Shown: one piece after another, positions 1-14,464 of the stretch | Layout: each line of letters starts with the position of its first letter | Numbering within the stretch: position 1 is the first letter of the stretch | From: the human T2T-CHM13v2.0 reference genome, Homo sapiens | Length of the DNA: 64,000 nucleotides | Strand: one strand, 5' to 3' | NCBI RefSeq assembly: GCF_009914755.1 | Contig: NC_060933.1 | Position numbers and translations under genes: made by a program | Notes under the pieces: generated by a model | Databases searched by the model: none | What the model was told of the DNA's origin: nothing | Seen by the model: only the letters and a program-made list of their open reading frames with translations

Positions 1-110
1 GTACAATGGAATGGAATGGAATGGAATGGAATGGAATGGAATGATACGGAATAGAATGGAATGGAACGAAATGGAATGGAATGGAAAGGAATGCAATGGA
101 ATGGAATGGA

Positions 111-255
111 ATCGTTCCGAGTGGAATAGGAGGGAATGTATTCGAGTGGAATGGAAAGGAATGGAATCAACCAGAGTGGAATGGAAGGGAATGGAATGGA
201 ATGGAAACTAATAGAATGGAATCAACCCGAGTGGAATGGAATGGAAAGGACTGGA
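111..255 (+). repeat. Recurrent ~145-bp divergent module ATCGTTCCGAGTGGAATAGGAGGGAATGTATTCGAG...GGAAACTAATAG...AAAGGACTGG (representative copy; ~26 in window)
   Basis: ATCGTTCC starts counted at 111, 1301, 3919, 4733, 8223, 15063, 15722, 17270, 17949, 24537, 27269, 29780, 32678, 33023, 35735, 38638, 38963, 42358, 44076, 46153, 47691, 51004, 52407, 56982, 60290 and 61693. Confidence 0.9.
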
Positions 256-1739
256 ATGGAATGGAATGGAATGGAATCAACTCGTTTGTAATGGAATGGA
301 ATGGAATGGAATGGAATGGAATGGAATGGAATGGAATTAACCCGAATACAATGGAAGGGAATGGAATGGAATGGAAACTAATAGAATGGAATCAACCCGA
401 GTGGAATGGAATGGAAAGGACTGGAATGGAATGGAATGGAATGGAATCAACTCGATTGTAATGGAATGGAATGGAATGGAATGGAATGGAATGGAATGGA
501 ATGGAATCATCCGGAATGGAATGGAATGGAATGGAATCATCCGGAATGGAATGGAATGGAATGGAATCAACGCCATTGCAATGGAATGGAATGGAATGGA
601 ATGGAATAGAATGGAATGGAATTAACCCGAATAGAATGGAATGCAATAGAATGGAATGCAATGGAACCGAATGGAGTGGAATGGAATGGAATGGAATCAA
701 CCCGAGTACAGAGGAATGGAATGGAATGGAATGCAATGGAATGGAGTAATCCGTAATAGAATGGAAAGGAATGGAATGGAATGGAATGGAATGGAATGGA
801 ATGGAATGGAATCAACTCGATGGCAATCGAATGGAATGGAATGGAATTAACCCGAATAGAATGGAATGGAATGGAATGGAACGGAACGGAATGGAAAGGA
901 ATGGAATGGAATGGAATGGAACGGAACGGAATGGAATGGAATGGAATGGAATGGAATGGAATGGAATCACCGCGAGTGCAGGGGAAAGGAATGGAATGGA
1001 ATGCAATGGAATGGAATCTTCCGTAATGGAATGGAATGGAATGGAATGAAAGGCAATGGATTCAACTCGATTGCAATGGAATGGAATAGAATGGAATGGA
1101 ATGCAATGGAATGGAATGGAATTGAATCGAATGGAATGCCTTCAAACAGAATGGAATGGAAAGGAATGGAATCAACACGAGTGGAAAGGAATCGAATGGA
1201 AAGGAATGGAAAGGAATGGAATGGTACGGAATAGAACGGAATGGAACGAACTGGAATGGAATGGAATGGAATGGAATGGAATGGAATGGAATGGAATGGA
1301 ATCGTTCCGAGTGGAATAGGAGGGAATGTATTCTAGTGGAATGGAAAGGAATGGAATCAACCAGAGTGGAATGGAAGGGAATGGAATGGAATGGAAACTA
1401 ATAGAATGGAATCAACCCGAGTGGAATGGAATGCAAAGGACTGGAATGGAATGGAATGGAATGGAATGGAATGGAATGGAATGGAATGGAATTAACCCGA
1501 ATACAATGGAATGGAATGGAATGGAACGGAATGGAGTGGAATGGAAAGGAATCAACCCGAGTGCAGGGGAATGGAATGGAATGGAATGCAATGGAATGGA
1601 ATGCAAAGCAATGGAATCAACTCGATTGCAATGGAATGGAATGGAATGGAAAGGAATAGAATTGAATCAACCCGAGTGTAATGGAATGGAAAGGACTGGA
1701 ATGGAGTGGAATGGAATGCAATGGAATGGAATGGAATCA

Positions 1740-3000
1740 ACTCGATTGGAATGGAATCTAATGGAATGGACTGGAATGGAATGGAATGGAATTAACCCGA
1801 ATAGAATGGAATGGAATGGAATGGAACGGAATGGAATGGAATGGAATGGAATGGAATGGAATGGAATGGAATGGAATCAACCCGACTGCAGGGGAATGGA
1901 ATGGAATGGAATGGAATGGAATGGAATCATCCGGAACGGAATGGATTGGAATGGAATGGAATCAACTCGATTGCAATGGAATGGAATGGAATGGAATGGA
2001 ATGGAATGGAATGGAATGGAATGGAATGGAATGGAATTAACCGGAATAGAATGGAATGGAATGGAATGGAACGGAATGGAATGGAATGGAATGGAATGGC
2101 ATGGAATCAACCCGAGTGCAGGGAAATGGAATGGAATGGAATGCAATGGAATGGAATCATCCGGAATGGAATGGAATGGAATGGAATGCAATCAACCTGA
2201 TGCAATGGAATGGAGTGGAATGGAATGGAATGGAATGGAAACATCCCGAATGGAATGGAATGTAATGTAGTGTAAGGGAATTGAATAGAATCAATCCGAA
2301 TGTAATGGAATGGAATGGAATGAAATGGAATGGAATGGAATGGAATGGAATCAACCAGAGTGCAATGGAATGGATTCGAATGGAATGGAATGGAATGGAA
2401 TGGATTCAACAAGAATGGAATGGAAAGGAATGGAATCAACCCGAGTGTAATGGTATGGAATGGAACGGAATGGAATGGGATGGACTGGAATGGTACGGAA
2501 TAGAATGGAATGGAATGAAATGGAATGGCATGGAATGGAATGGAATGGAATGGAATGGAATGGAATGGAATGAACCCGTGTGCAATGGAATGGAATGGAA
2601 TGGATTCAACTCGAATGGAATCAACTCGATTGCAATGGAATGGAATGGAATTGAAAGGAATACAATGGAATCATCCCGAGTGGAATGGAATGGAAAGGAC
2701 TGGAATGGAGTGGAATGGAATGGAATGGAATTAACCCGAATAGAATGAAATGGAACGGAATGGAATGGAATGTAATGGAATGGAATGGAATGCAATCAAC
2801 CCGAGTGCAGGGGAATGGAATGGAATGGAATGCAATGGAATGGAATCATCCGGAATGGAATGGAATGGAATGGAATGGAATGGAATGGAATCAACTCGAT
2901 TTCAATGGAATGGAACGGAATAGAATGGAATGGAATTAACACGAATAGAATGGAATGGAATGGAATTGAATGGAACAGAATGGAATGGAATGGAATGGAA
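1740..3000 (+). repeat. Dispersed ~1.2-kb duplicate of ~21180-22400
   Basis: ORF offset +19406 (2056/21462, 2107/21513, 2157/21563, 2281/21687). Shared rare words: CAACCTGATGCA, AAACATCCCGA, TTCAACAAGAA, GAACCCGTGTGC, CTCGATTTCAAT. Confidence 0.85.
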
Positions 3001-3196
3001 TGGAATGGAATGTAATCAACCCGAGTGCAATGGAATGGAGAGGAATGGAATGGAATGGAATGGACTGGAAACTACACGAATCGAATGGAATGTAATGGAG
3101 TGTAAGGGAATTGAATAGAGTGAATCCGAATGGAATGGAATGGAATGGAATCAACGCGAGTGCAGGGGAATGGAATGTAATGGAATGCAATGGAAT

Positions 3197-3211
3197 GGAA
3201 TCTTCCAGAAT
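3197..3211. promoter_or_regulatory. HSE motif variant gGAAt-cTTCc-aGAAt
   Basis: GGAATCTTCCAGAAT; same variant at 45232, 49520 and 58806. Confidence 0.55.
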
Positions 3212-6200
3212 GGAATGGAATGGAATGGAATGCAATGGATTCAACTCGATTGCTATGGAATGGAATAGAATGGAATGGAATGGAATGGAATGGAATTAAC
3301 CCGAATAGAATGGAATGGAATGGAACGGAATGGAACGGAACGGAATGGAATGGAATGGAATGGAATGGAATGGAATGGAATGGAATGGTGGGGAATGGAA
3401 TGGAATGGAATGGAATCAACGCGAGTGCAGGGGAATGTAACGGAACAGAATGTAATGGAATGGAATCATCCGGAATGGAATGGAATGGAATGGAATGGAA
3501 TGGAATGGAATCAACCCGAGTGCAATGGAATGGAGTGGAATGGAAAGGAATGGAATGGAATAACCAGAATGGAATGGAATGTAATGGAGAGTAAGGGAGT
3601 TGAATAGAATCAATCCGAATGTAATGGAATGGAATGGAACGGAATGGAATGGAATGGAATGGAATGCAATTGAATGGAATCAACCCGAGTACAATGGAAT
3701 GGAATGGAATGGAATGGAATGGAATGCAATGGAATGGAATGGAATGACTTCAAACCGAATGGAATGGAAAGGAATGGAATCAACACGAGTGGAATGGAAT
3801 GGAATGGAATGGAATGCAATCGAATGGAATGGAATGGTATGGAATAGAATGGAATGGAAACAAATGGAATGGAATGGAATGGAATGGAATGGAATGGAAT
3901 GGAATGGAATGGAATGGAATCGTTCCGAGTGGAATAGGAGGGAATGTATTCGAGTGGATTGGAAAGGAATGGAATCAACCAGAGTGGAATGGAAGGGAAT
4001 GGAATGGAATGGAAACTAATAGAATGGAATCAACCCGAGTGGTATGGAATGGAAAGGACTGGAATGGAATGGAATGGAATGGAATGGAATGGAATGGAAT
4101 GGAATGGAATGCAATCAACTCGATTGTAATGGAATGGAATGGAATGGAATGGAATGGAATTAATCCGAATAGAATGGAATGGAATGGAATGGAACGGAAT
4201 GGAACGGAATGGAATGGAATGGAATGGAATGAAATGGAATGGAATGGTATGGAATGGAATGGAATGGAACGGAATAGAATGGATTGGAACGAATTGTAAT
4301 GTAATGGAAAGGAATGGAATGGAATGGAATGGAATGGAATGGAATGGAATCAACGCGAGTGCAGGGGAATGTAATGGAAAGGAATGCAATGGAATGGAAT
4401 CATCCGGAATGGAATGGAATGGAATGGAATGGAATGGAATGGAATGGAATCAACCCGAGTGCAATGGAATGGAGTGGAATGGAATGGAATGGAATGGAAC
4501 AACCCGAATGGAATGGAATGTAATGGAAAGTAAGGGAGTTGAATAGAATGAATCCGAATGTAATGGAATGGAATGCAACGGAATATAATGGAATGGAATG
4601 GAATGGAATGCAATGGAATTGAATAAACCCGAGTACAATGGAATGGAATGGAATGGAATGGAATGGAATGGAATGGAATGATACGGAATAGAATGGAATG
4701 GAACGAAATGGAATGGAATGGAATGGAATGGAATCGTTCCGAGTGGAATAGGAGGGAATGTATTCGAGTGGAATGGAAAGGAATGGTATCAACCAGAGTG
4801 GAATGGAAGGGAATGGAATGGAATGGAAACTAATAGAATGGAATCAACCCGAGTGGAATGGAATGGAAAGGACTGGAATGGAATGGAATGGAATGGAATC
4901 AACTCGATTGTAATGGAATGGAATGGAATGGAATGGAATGGAATGCAATGGAATTAACCCGAATAAAATGGAATGGAATGGAATGGAACGGAATGGAGTG
5001 GAATGGAATGGAATCAACCCGAGGGCAGGGGAATGGAATGGAATGGAATGCAATGGAATGGAATCATCCGGAATGGAATGGAATGGAATGGAATGCAAAG
5101 CAATGGAATCAACTCGATTGCAATGGAATGGAATGGAATGGAAAGGAGTACATTGGAATCAACCCGAGTGGAATGGAATGGAAAGGACTGGAATGGAGTG
5201 GAATGGAATGGAATGGAATGGAATGGAATCAACTCGACTGGATTGGAATGGAATGGAATGGAATGGAATTAACCCGAATAGAATGGAATGGAATGGAATG
5301 GAACGGAACGGCATGGAATGGAATGGAATGGAATGGAATGGAATCAACCCGACTGCAGGGGAATGGAATGGAGTGGAAGGCAATGGAATGGATTCAACTT
5401 GAATGGAATGGAAAGAATGGAATCAACACGAGTGGAATGGCATGGATTGGAATGGAATGGAATGGAATCAACCCGAGTACAGGGGAATGGAATGGAATGG
5501 AATGCAATGGAATGGAATCATCCGTAATGGAATGGAAAGGAATGGAATGGAATGGAATGGAATGGAATGGAATGGAATCAACTCGTTTGCAATCGAATGG
5601 AATGGAATGGAATTAACCCGAATAGAATGGAATGGAATGGAATGGAACGGAACGGAACGGAATGGAACGGAATGGAGTGGAATGGAATGGAATGGAATTG
5701 TATGGAATGGAATGGCATGGTACGGAATAGAATGGAATGGAAAGAATTGGAATGGAATGGAATCGAATGGAATGGAATGGAATGGAATGGAATCAACCCC
5801 AGTGCAGGGGAATGTAATGGAAAGGAATGCAATGGAATGGAATCATCCGGAATGGAATGGAATGGAATGGAATGGAATGGAATGGAATGGAATGGAATCA
5901 ACCCGAGTGCAATGGAATGGAGTGGAATGGAATGGAATGGAATGGAACAACCCGAATGGAATGGAATGTAATGGAGAGTAAGGGAGTTGAATAGAATCAA
6001 TCCGAATGTAATGGAATGGAACGGAATGGAATGGAATGGAATGGAATGGAATGGAATGGAATGCAATGGAATGGAAACAACCCGAGTACAATGGAACGGA
6101 ATGGAATGGAATGTAATGTAATGGAATGGAATGGAATGGAATGGAATGGAATGGAATGGAATCAACCCGAGTGCAGGGGAATGTAATGGAAAGGAATGCA

Positions 6201-9200
6201 ATGGAATGGAATCATCCGGAATGGAATGGAATGGAATGTAATGGAATGGAATGGAATGGAATGGAATCAACCCGAGTGTAATGTAATGGAGTGGAATGGA
6301 ATAGAATGGAATGGAACAACCCGAATGGAATGGAATGTAATGGAGAGTAAGGGAGTTGAATAGAGTCAATCCGAATGTAATGGAATGGAATGGAACGGAA
6401 TGGAATTGAATGGAATGGAATGGAATGCAATGGAATGGAATCAACCCGAGTGCAATGGAATGGAGAGGAATGGAATGGAATGGAATGGAAACTACCCGAA
6501 TGGAATGGAATGTAATGGAGCGTAAGGGAATTGAATAGAATCAATCCGAATGGAATGGAATGGAATGGAACGGAATGTAATGGAATGGAATGGAATGGAA
6601 TCAACCCGAGTGCAGACGAATGGAATGGCATGGAATGCAATGGAATGGAATCATCCGGAATGGAATGGAATGGAATGCAATGGAGTGGAATGGAATGGAA
6701 TCACCCCGAGTGCAATGGAATGGAGTGAAATGGAATGGAATGGAATGGAAACAACCAGAATGGATTGGAATATAATGGAGTGTAAGGGAATTGAATAGAA
6801 TCAATCTGAATGTAATGAAATGGAATGGAACGGAATGGAATGGAATGGAATGGATTGGAATGGAATGCAATGGAATGGAATCAACCCGAGTGCAATCGAA
6901 TGGAATCGAATGGAATGGAATGCAATGGAATGGATTCACCTTGAATGGAAAGGAAAGAATGGAATCAACACGAGTGGAATGGCATGGATTGGAATGGAAT
7001 GGAATGGAATCAACCCGAGTACAGGGGAATGGAATGGAATTGAATGCAATAGAATGGAATCATCAGTAATGGAATGGAAAGGAATGGAAAGGACTGGAAT
7101 GGAGTGGAATGTAATGGAATGGAATGGAATCAACTCGATTGCAATCGAATGGAATGGAATGGAATGGAATCAACTCGATTGCAATCTAATGGAATGGAAT
7201 GGAATTAACCCGAATAGAATGGAATGGAATGGAATGGAACGGAACGGAATGGAATGGAATGGAATGGAATGGAATGGAATGGAATGGAACGGAAAGGAAT
7301 GGAATGGAATGGAATGGAATGGAATGGAATCAACGCGAGTGCAGGGGAATGGAATGGAATCGAATGGAATGGAAAGGAATGGAATGGAATCAACCCGAGT
7401 GCAGGGGAATGTAATGGAACGGAATGCAATGGAATGGAATCATCCGGAATGGAATGGAATGGAATCAACCCGAGTGCAATGGAATGGAGTGGAATGGAAT
7501 GGAATGGAATGGAACAACCCGAATGGAATGGAATGTAATGGAGAGTAAGGGAGTTGAAAAGAATCAATCCGAATGTAATGGAATGGAATGGAACGGAATG
7601 GAATGGAATGGAATGGAATGGAATGGAATGGAATGGAATGCAATGGAAAGGAATCAACCCGAGTACAATGGAACGGAATGTAATGTAATGGAATGGAATG
7701 GAATGGAATGGAATGGAATGGAATGGAATGGAATCAACCCGAGTGCAATGGAATGGAGAGGAATGGAATGGAATGGAATGCAATGGAATGGAATCATCCG
7801 GAATGGAATGGAATGGAATGGAATGCAAAGCAATGGAATCAACTCGATTGCAATGGAATGGAATAGAATGGAAAGGAATACATTGGAATCAACCCGAGTG
7901 GAATGGAATGGAAAGGACTGGAATGGAGTGGAATGGAATGGAATGGAATGGAATGGAAACAACTCGATTGGAATGGAATGGAATGGAATGGAATGGAATG
8001 GAATGGAATGGAATTAACCCGAAGAGAATGGAATGGAATGGAATGGAACGGAACGGAATGGAATGGAATGGAATGGAATGGAAGGGAATGGAATGGAATG
8101 GAAACAACCCGACTGCAGGGGAATGGAATGGAATGGAATGGAATGGAATGATACGGAATAGAATGGAATGGAACGAAATGGAATGGAATGGAATGGAATG
8201 CAATGGATTGGAATGGAATGGAATCGTTCCGAGTGGAATAGGAGGGAATGTATTCGAGTGGAATGGAAAGGAATGGAATCAACCAGAGTGGAATGGAAGG
8301 GAATGGAATGGAATGGAAACTAATAGAATGGAATCAACCCGAGTGGAATGGAATGGAAAGGACTGGAATGGAATGGAATGGCATGGAATCAACTCGATTG
8401 TAATGGAATGGAATGGAATGGAATGGAATGGAATGGAATGGAATGGAATTAACCCGAATACAATGCAATGGAATGGAATGGAACGGAATGGAGTGGAATG
8501 GAATGGAATCAACCCGAGTGCAGGGGAATGGAATGGAATGGAATGCAATGGAATGGAATCATCCGGAATGGAATGGAATTGAATGGAATGCAAAGTAATG
8601 AAATCAACTCGATTGCAATGGAATGGAATAGAATGGAAAGGAATACATTGGAATCAACCCGAGTGGAATGGAATGGAAAGGACTGGAATGGAGTGGAATG
8701 GAATGGAATGGAATGGAATGGAATCAACTCGATTGGAATGGAATGGAATGGAATGGAATGGAATGGAATGGAATTAACCCGAATAGAAAGGAATGGAATG
8801 GAATGGAACGGAACGGAATGGAATGGAATGGAATGGAATGGAATGGAATGGAAACAACCCGACAGCAGGGGAATGGAATGGAATGGAATGGAAACAACCC
8901 GACTGCAGGGGAATGGAATGGAATGGAATGCAAAGGAATGGATTCAACTTGAATGAAATGGAAAGAATGGAATCAACACGAGTGGAATGGCATGGATTGG
9001 AATGGAATGGAATGGAATCAACCCGAGTACAGGGGAATGGAATGGAATGGAATGCAATGGAATGGAATCATCCGTAATGGAATGGAAAGGAATGGAATGG
9101 AATGGAATGGAATGGAATGGAATGGAATCAACTCGATTGCAATCGAACGGAATGGAATGGAATTAACCCGAATAGAATGGAATGGAATGGAATGGAAAGG

Positions 9201-9358
9201 AACGGAACGGAATGGAATGGATTGGAATGGAATAGAATGGAACGGAATGGAACGGAAAGGAATGGAATGGAATGGAATGGAATGGAATGGAATGGAATGG
9301 AATGGAATGGAATCAACGCGAGTGCATGGGAATGGAATGGAATGGAATGCAATGGAAT

Positions 9359-9373
9359 GGAATCTTCCGGAAT
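9359..9373. promoter_or_regulatory. Perfect 3-unit heat shock element motif, gGAAt-cTTCc-gGAAt (commonest form; representative)
   Basis: Matches nGAAn-nTTCn-nGAAn exactly. Motif match only; binding is not shown. Confidence 0.6.
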
Positions 9374-12300
9374 GGAATGGAATGGAATGGAATGGAATGG
9401 AATGGAATGGAATAAACCCGAGTGCAATGGAATGGAGTGGAATGGAATGGAATGGAATGGAACAACCCGAATGGAATGGAATCTAAAGGAGAGTAAGGGA
9501 GTTGAATAGAATCAATCCGAATGTAATGGAATGGAATGGAACGGAATGGAATTGAATGGAATGGAATGGAATGGAATGGAATGGAATCAACCCGAGTTCA
9601 ATGGAATGGAGAGGAATGGAATGGAATGGAATGGAAACTACCCGAATGGAATGGAATGTAATGGAGTCTAAGGGAATTGAATAGAATCAATCCGAATGTA
9701 ATGGAATGGAATGGAACGGAATGGAATGGAATGGAATGCAATGGAATGGAATGGAATGCAGTGGAATGGAATCAACCCGAGTGCAATCGAATGGAATCGA
9801 ATGGATTGGAATGCAATGGAATGGATTCAACTTGAATGGAATGGAAAGAATGGAATCAACACGAGTGGAATGGCATGGATTGCAATGGAATGGAATGGAA
9901 TCAACCCGAGTACAGCTGAATGGAATGGAATGGAATGCAATGGAATGGAATCATCCGTAATGGAATGGAAAGGAATGGAATGGAATGGAATGGAATGGAA
10001 TGGAATCAACTCGATTGCAATCGAATGGAATGGAATGGAATTAACCCAAATAGAATGGAATGGAATGGAATGGAATGGAACGGAATGGAATGGAATGGAA
10101 TGGAATGGAATGGAACGGAAAGGAAGGGAATGGAATGGAATAGAATGGAATGGAATGGAATCAACGCGAGTGAAGGGGAATGGAATGGAATGGAATGCAA
10201 AGGAATGGAATCTTCCGGAATGGAATGGAATGGAATGGAATGGAATGGAATGGAATCAACCCGTGTGCAATGGAATGGAGTGGAATGGAATGGAATGGAA
10301 TGGAACAACCCGAATGGAATGGAATGTAATGGAGAGTAAGGGAGTTGAATAGAATCAATCCGAATGTAATGGAATGGAATGGAACGGAATGGAATTGAAT
10401 GGAATGGAATGGAATGCAATGGAATGGAATCAACCCGAGTGCAATGGAATGGAGAGGAATGGAATGGAATGGAATCGAAACTACCCGAATGGAATGTAAT
10501 GGAGTGTAAGGGAATTGAATAGAAACAATCCGAATGTAATGGAATGGAATGGAACGGAATGGAATGGAATGGAATGGAATGGAATGGAATGCAATGGAAT
10601 GGAATCAACCCGAGTGCAATCAAATGGAATCGAATGGAATGGAATGCAATGGAATGGATTCAACTTGAATGGAATGGAAAGAATGGAATCAACACGAGTG
10701 GAATGACATGGATTGGAATGGAATGGAATGGAATCAACCCGAGTACAGGGGAATGGAATGGAATGGAATGCAATGGAATGGAATCATCCCTAATGGAATG
10801 GAAAGAAATGGAATGGAATGGAAGGGAATGGAATGGAATGGAATCAACTCGATTGCAATCGAATGGAATGGAATGGAATTAACCCGAATAGAATGGAATG
10901 GAATGGAATGGAACAGAACGGAATGGAATGGAATGGAATGGAATGGAATGGAACGGAACGGAATGGAATGGAATGGAATGGAATGGAATCAACGCGAGTG
11001 CAGGGGAATGGAATGGAATGGAATGCAATGGAATGGAATCTTCCGGAATGGAATGGAATGCAATGGAATGGAATGAAATGCAATGGATTCAACTCGATTG
11101 CAATGGAATGGAATAGAATGGAATGGAATGGAATGGAATGGAATTAATCCGAATAGAATGGAATGGAATGGAATGGAACGGAATGTAACGGAATGGAATG
11201 GAATGGAATGGAATGGAATGGTATGGAATGGAATGGAATGGTACGGAATAGAATGGAATGGAACGAATTGTAATGGAATGGAATTGAATGGAATGGAATG
11301 GAATGGAATGGAATCAACGCGAGTGCAGGGGAATGTAATGGAACGGAATGCAATGGAATGGAATCATCCGGAATGGAATGGAATGGAATGGAATGGAATG
11401 GAATCAACCCGAGTGCAGTGGAATGGAATGGAATGGAATGGAACAACCCGAATGGAATGGAATGTAATGGAGAGTAAGGGAGTTGAATAGAATCAATCCG
11501 AATGCAATGGAATGGAATGCAACGGAATGGAATGGAATGGAATGGAATGGAATGCCTTCATACCGAATGGAATGGAAAGGAATGGAATCAACAGGAGTGG
11601 AATGGAATGGAATGGAATGCAATGGAATGGAATGGAACGGAATGGAACGGAATGGAATGGAATGGAATGGAATGGAATGGTATGGAATGGAATGGAATGG
11701 TACGGAATAGAATGGAATGGAACGAATTGTAATGGAATGGAATTGAATGGAATGGAATGGAATGGAATGGAATCAACCCGAGTGCAGGGGAATGTAATGG
11801 AAAGGAATGCAATGGAATAGAATCATCCGGAATGGAATGGAATGGAATGGAATGGAAAGGAATCAACCCGAGTGCAATGGAATGGAGTGGAATGGAATGG
11901 AATGGAATGGAACAACCAGAATGGAATGGAATGTAATGGAGAGTAAGGGAGTTGAATAGAATCAATCCGAATGTAATGGAATGGAATGCAACGGAATGGA
12001 ATGGAATGGAATGGAATGGAATGGAATGGAATGGATTGGAATCAACCCGAGTGCAGGGGAATGGAATGCAATGGAATGCAATGGAATGGAATCATCCGGA
12101 ATGGAATGGAATGGAATGGAATGCAAAGCAATGGAATCAACTCGATTGCAATGGAATGGAATGGAATGGAAAGGAATACATTGGAATCAACCCGAGTGGA
12201 ATGCAATGGAAAGGTCTGGAATGGAGTGGAATGGAATGGAATGGAATGGAATGGAATCAACTCGATTGGAATGGAATGGAAATAAATGGAATGGAATTAA

Positions 12301-14464
12301 CCCGAATAGAATGGAATGGAATGGAACGGAACGGAACGGAATGGAATGGAATGGAATGGAATGGAATGGAATGGAATGGAATGGAATGGAATCAACCCGA
12401 CTGCAGGGGAATGGAATGCAATGGAATGGATTCAACTTGAATGGAATGGAAAGAATGGAATCAACACGAGTGGAATGGCATGGATTGGAATGGAATGGAA
12501 TGGAATCAACCCGAGTACAGGGGAATGGAGTGGAATGGAATGGAATGGAATGGAATCATCCGTAATGGAATGAAAAGGAATGGAATGGAATGGAATGGAA
12601 TGGAATGGAATCAACTCGATTGCAATCGAATGGAATGGAATGGAATTAACCCGAATAGAATGGAATGGAATGGAATGGAACGGAACGGAACGGAACGGAA
12701 CGGAGTGGAATGGAATGGAATGGAATTGTATGGAATGGAATGGCATGGTACGGAATAGAATGGAATGGAAAGAATTGGAATGGAATGGAATCGAATGGAA
12801 TGGAATGGAATGGAATGGAATGGAATGGAATCAACACGAGTGCAGGGGAATGTAATAGAACGGAATGCAATAGAATGGAATCATCCGGAATGGAATGGAA
12901 TAGAATGGAATGGAAAGGAATGGAAAGGAATCAACCCGAGTGCAATGGAATGGAGTGGAATGGAATGGAATGGAATGGAGAGTAAGGGAGTTGAATAGAA
13001 TCAATCCGAATGTAATGGAATGGAATGGAAAGGAAGGGAATGGAATGGAATGGAATGGAATGGAATGGAATGCAATGGAATGGAATCAACCCGAGTACAA
13101 TGGAACGGAATGGAATGGAATGGAATGTATTGGAATGGAATGGAATGGAAACAACCCGAGTGCAATGGAATGGAGAGGAATGGAATGGAATGGAATGGAA
13201 ACTACCCGAATGGAATGGAATGTAATGGAGTGTAAGGGAATTGAATAGAATCAATCCGAATGGAATGGAATGGAATGGAACGAAATGTAATGGAATGGAA
13301 TGGAATGGAATCAACCCGAGTGCAGGGGAATGGAATGGAATGGAATGCAATGGAATGGAATCATCCGGAATGGAATGGAATGGAATGCAATGGAATGGAA
13401 TGGAATGGAATCAACCCGAGTGCAATGGAATGGAGTGAAATGGAATGGAATGGAATGGAAACAACCAGAATGTATAGGAATATAATGGAGTGTAAGGGAA
13501 TTGAATAGAATCAATCTGAATGTAATGAAATGGAATGGAACGGAATGGAATGGAATGGAATGGAATGGAGTGGAATGGAATGCAATGGAATGGAATCAAC
13601 CCGAGTGCAATCGAATGGAATCGAATGGAATGGAATGCAATGGAATGGATTCAACTTGAATGGAAAGGAAAGAATGGAATCAACACGAGTGGAATGGCAT
13701 GGATTGGAATGGAATGGAATGGAATCAACCCGAGTACAGGGGAATGGAATGGAATGGAAAGCAATGGAATGGAATCATCAGTAATGGAATGGAAAGGAAT
13801 GGAAAGGACTGGAATGGAATGGAATGGAATGGAATGGAATGGAATGGAATGGAATGGAATCAAATCGATTGCAATCGAATGGAATGGAATGGAATTAACC
13901 CGAAAAGAATGGAATGGAATGGAATGGAACGGAACGGAATGGAATGGAATAGAATGGAATGGAACGGAAAGGAATGGAATGGAATGGAATGGAATGGAAT
14001 GGAATGGAATGGAATGGAATGGAATCAACGCGAGTGCAGGGGAATGGAATGGAATCGAATGGAATGGAAAGGAATGGAATGGAATCAACCCGAGTGCAGG
14101 GGAATGTAATGGAACGGAATGCAATGGAATGGAATCACCCGGAATGGAATGGAATGGAATGGAATGGAATCAACCCGAGTGCAATGGAATGGAGTAGAAT
14201 GGAATTGAATGGAATGGAACAACCCGAATGGAATGGAATGTAATGGAGAGTAAGGGAGTTGAAAAGAATCAATCCGAATGTAATGGAATGGAATGGAACG
14301 GAATGGAATGGAATGGAATGGAATGGAATGGAATGGAATGGAATGGAACGCAATGGAATGGAATCAACCCGAGTACAATGGAATGGAATGGAATGGAATG
14401 GAATGGAAAGGAATGGAATGGAATGGAATGGAATGGAATGGAATGGAATGGAATGCAATGGAAT

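Noticed and set aside
845-862. TTAACCCGAATAG as a DUX4 site
   Set aside because: It does not match TAAYYYAATCA; no exact DUX4 consensus was seen.
976-990. GCAGGGGAA G-tracts as G-quadruplexes
   Set aside because: GGGG tracts are isolated and usually 40 bp to hundreds of bp apart; I saw no cluster of four G3+ runs with short loops.
9365-9372. TTCCGGAA as a STAT GAS site; CCGGAAT as an ETS site; GGAA repeats as EWS-FLI1 microsatellites
   Set aside because: GAS needs TTC-N3-GAA (here N2), the strong ETS consensus is CCGGAAGT, and EWS-FLI1 elements are (GGAA)n tetramers rather than pentamers.
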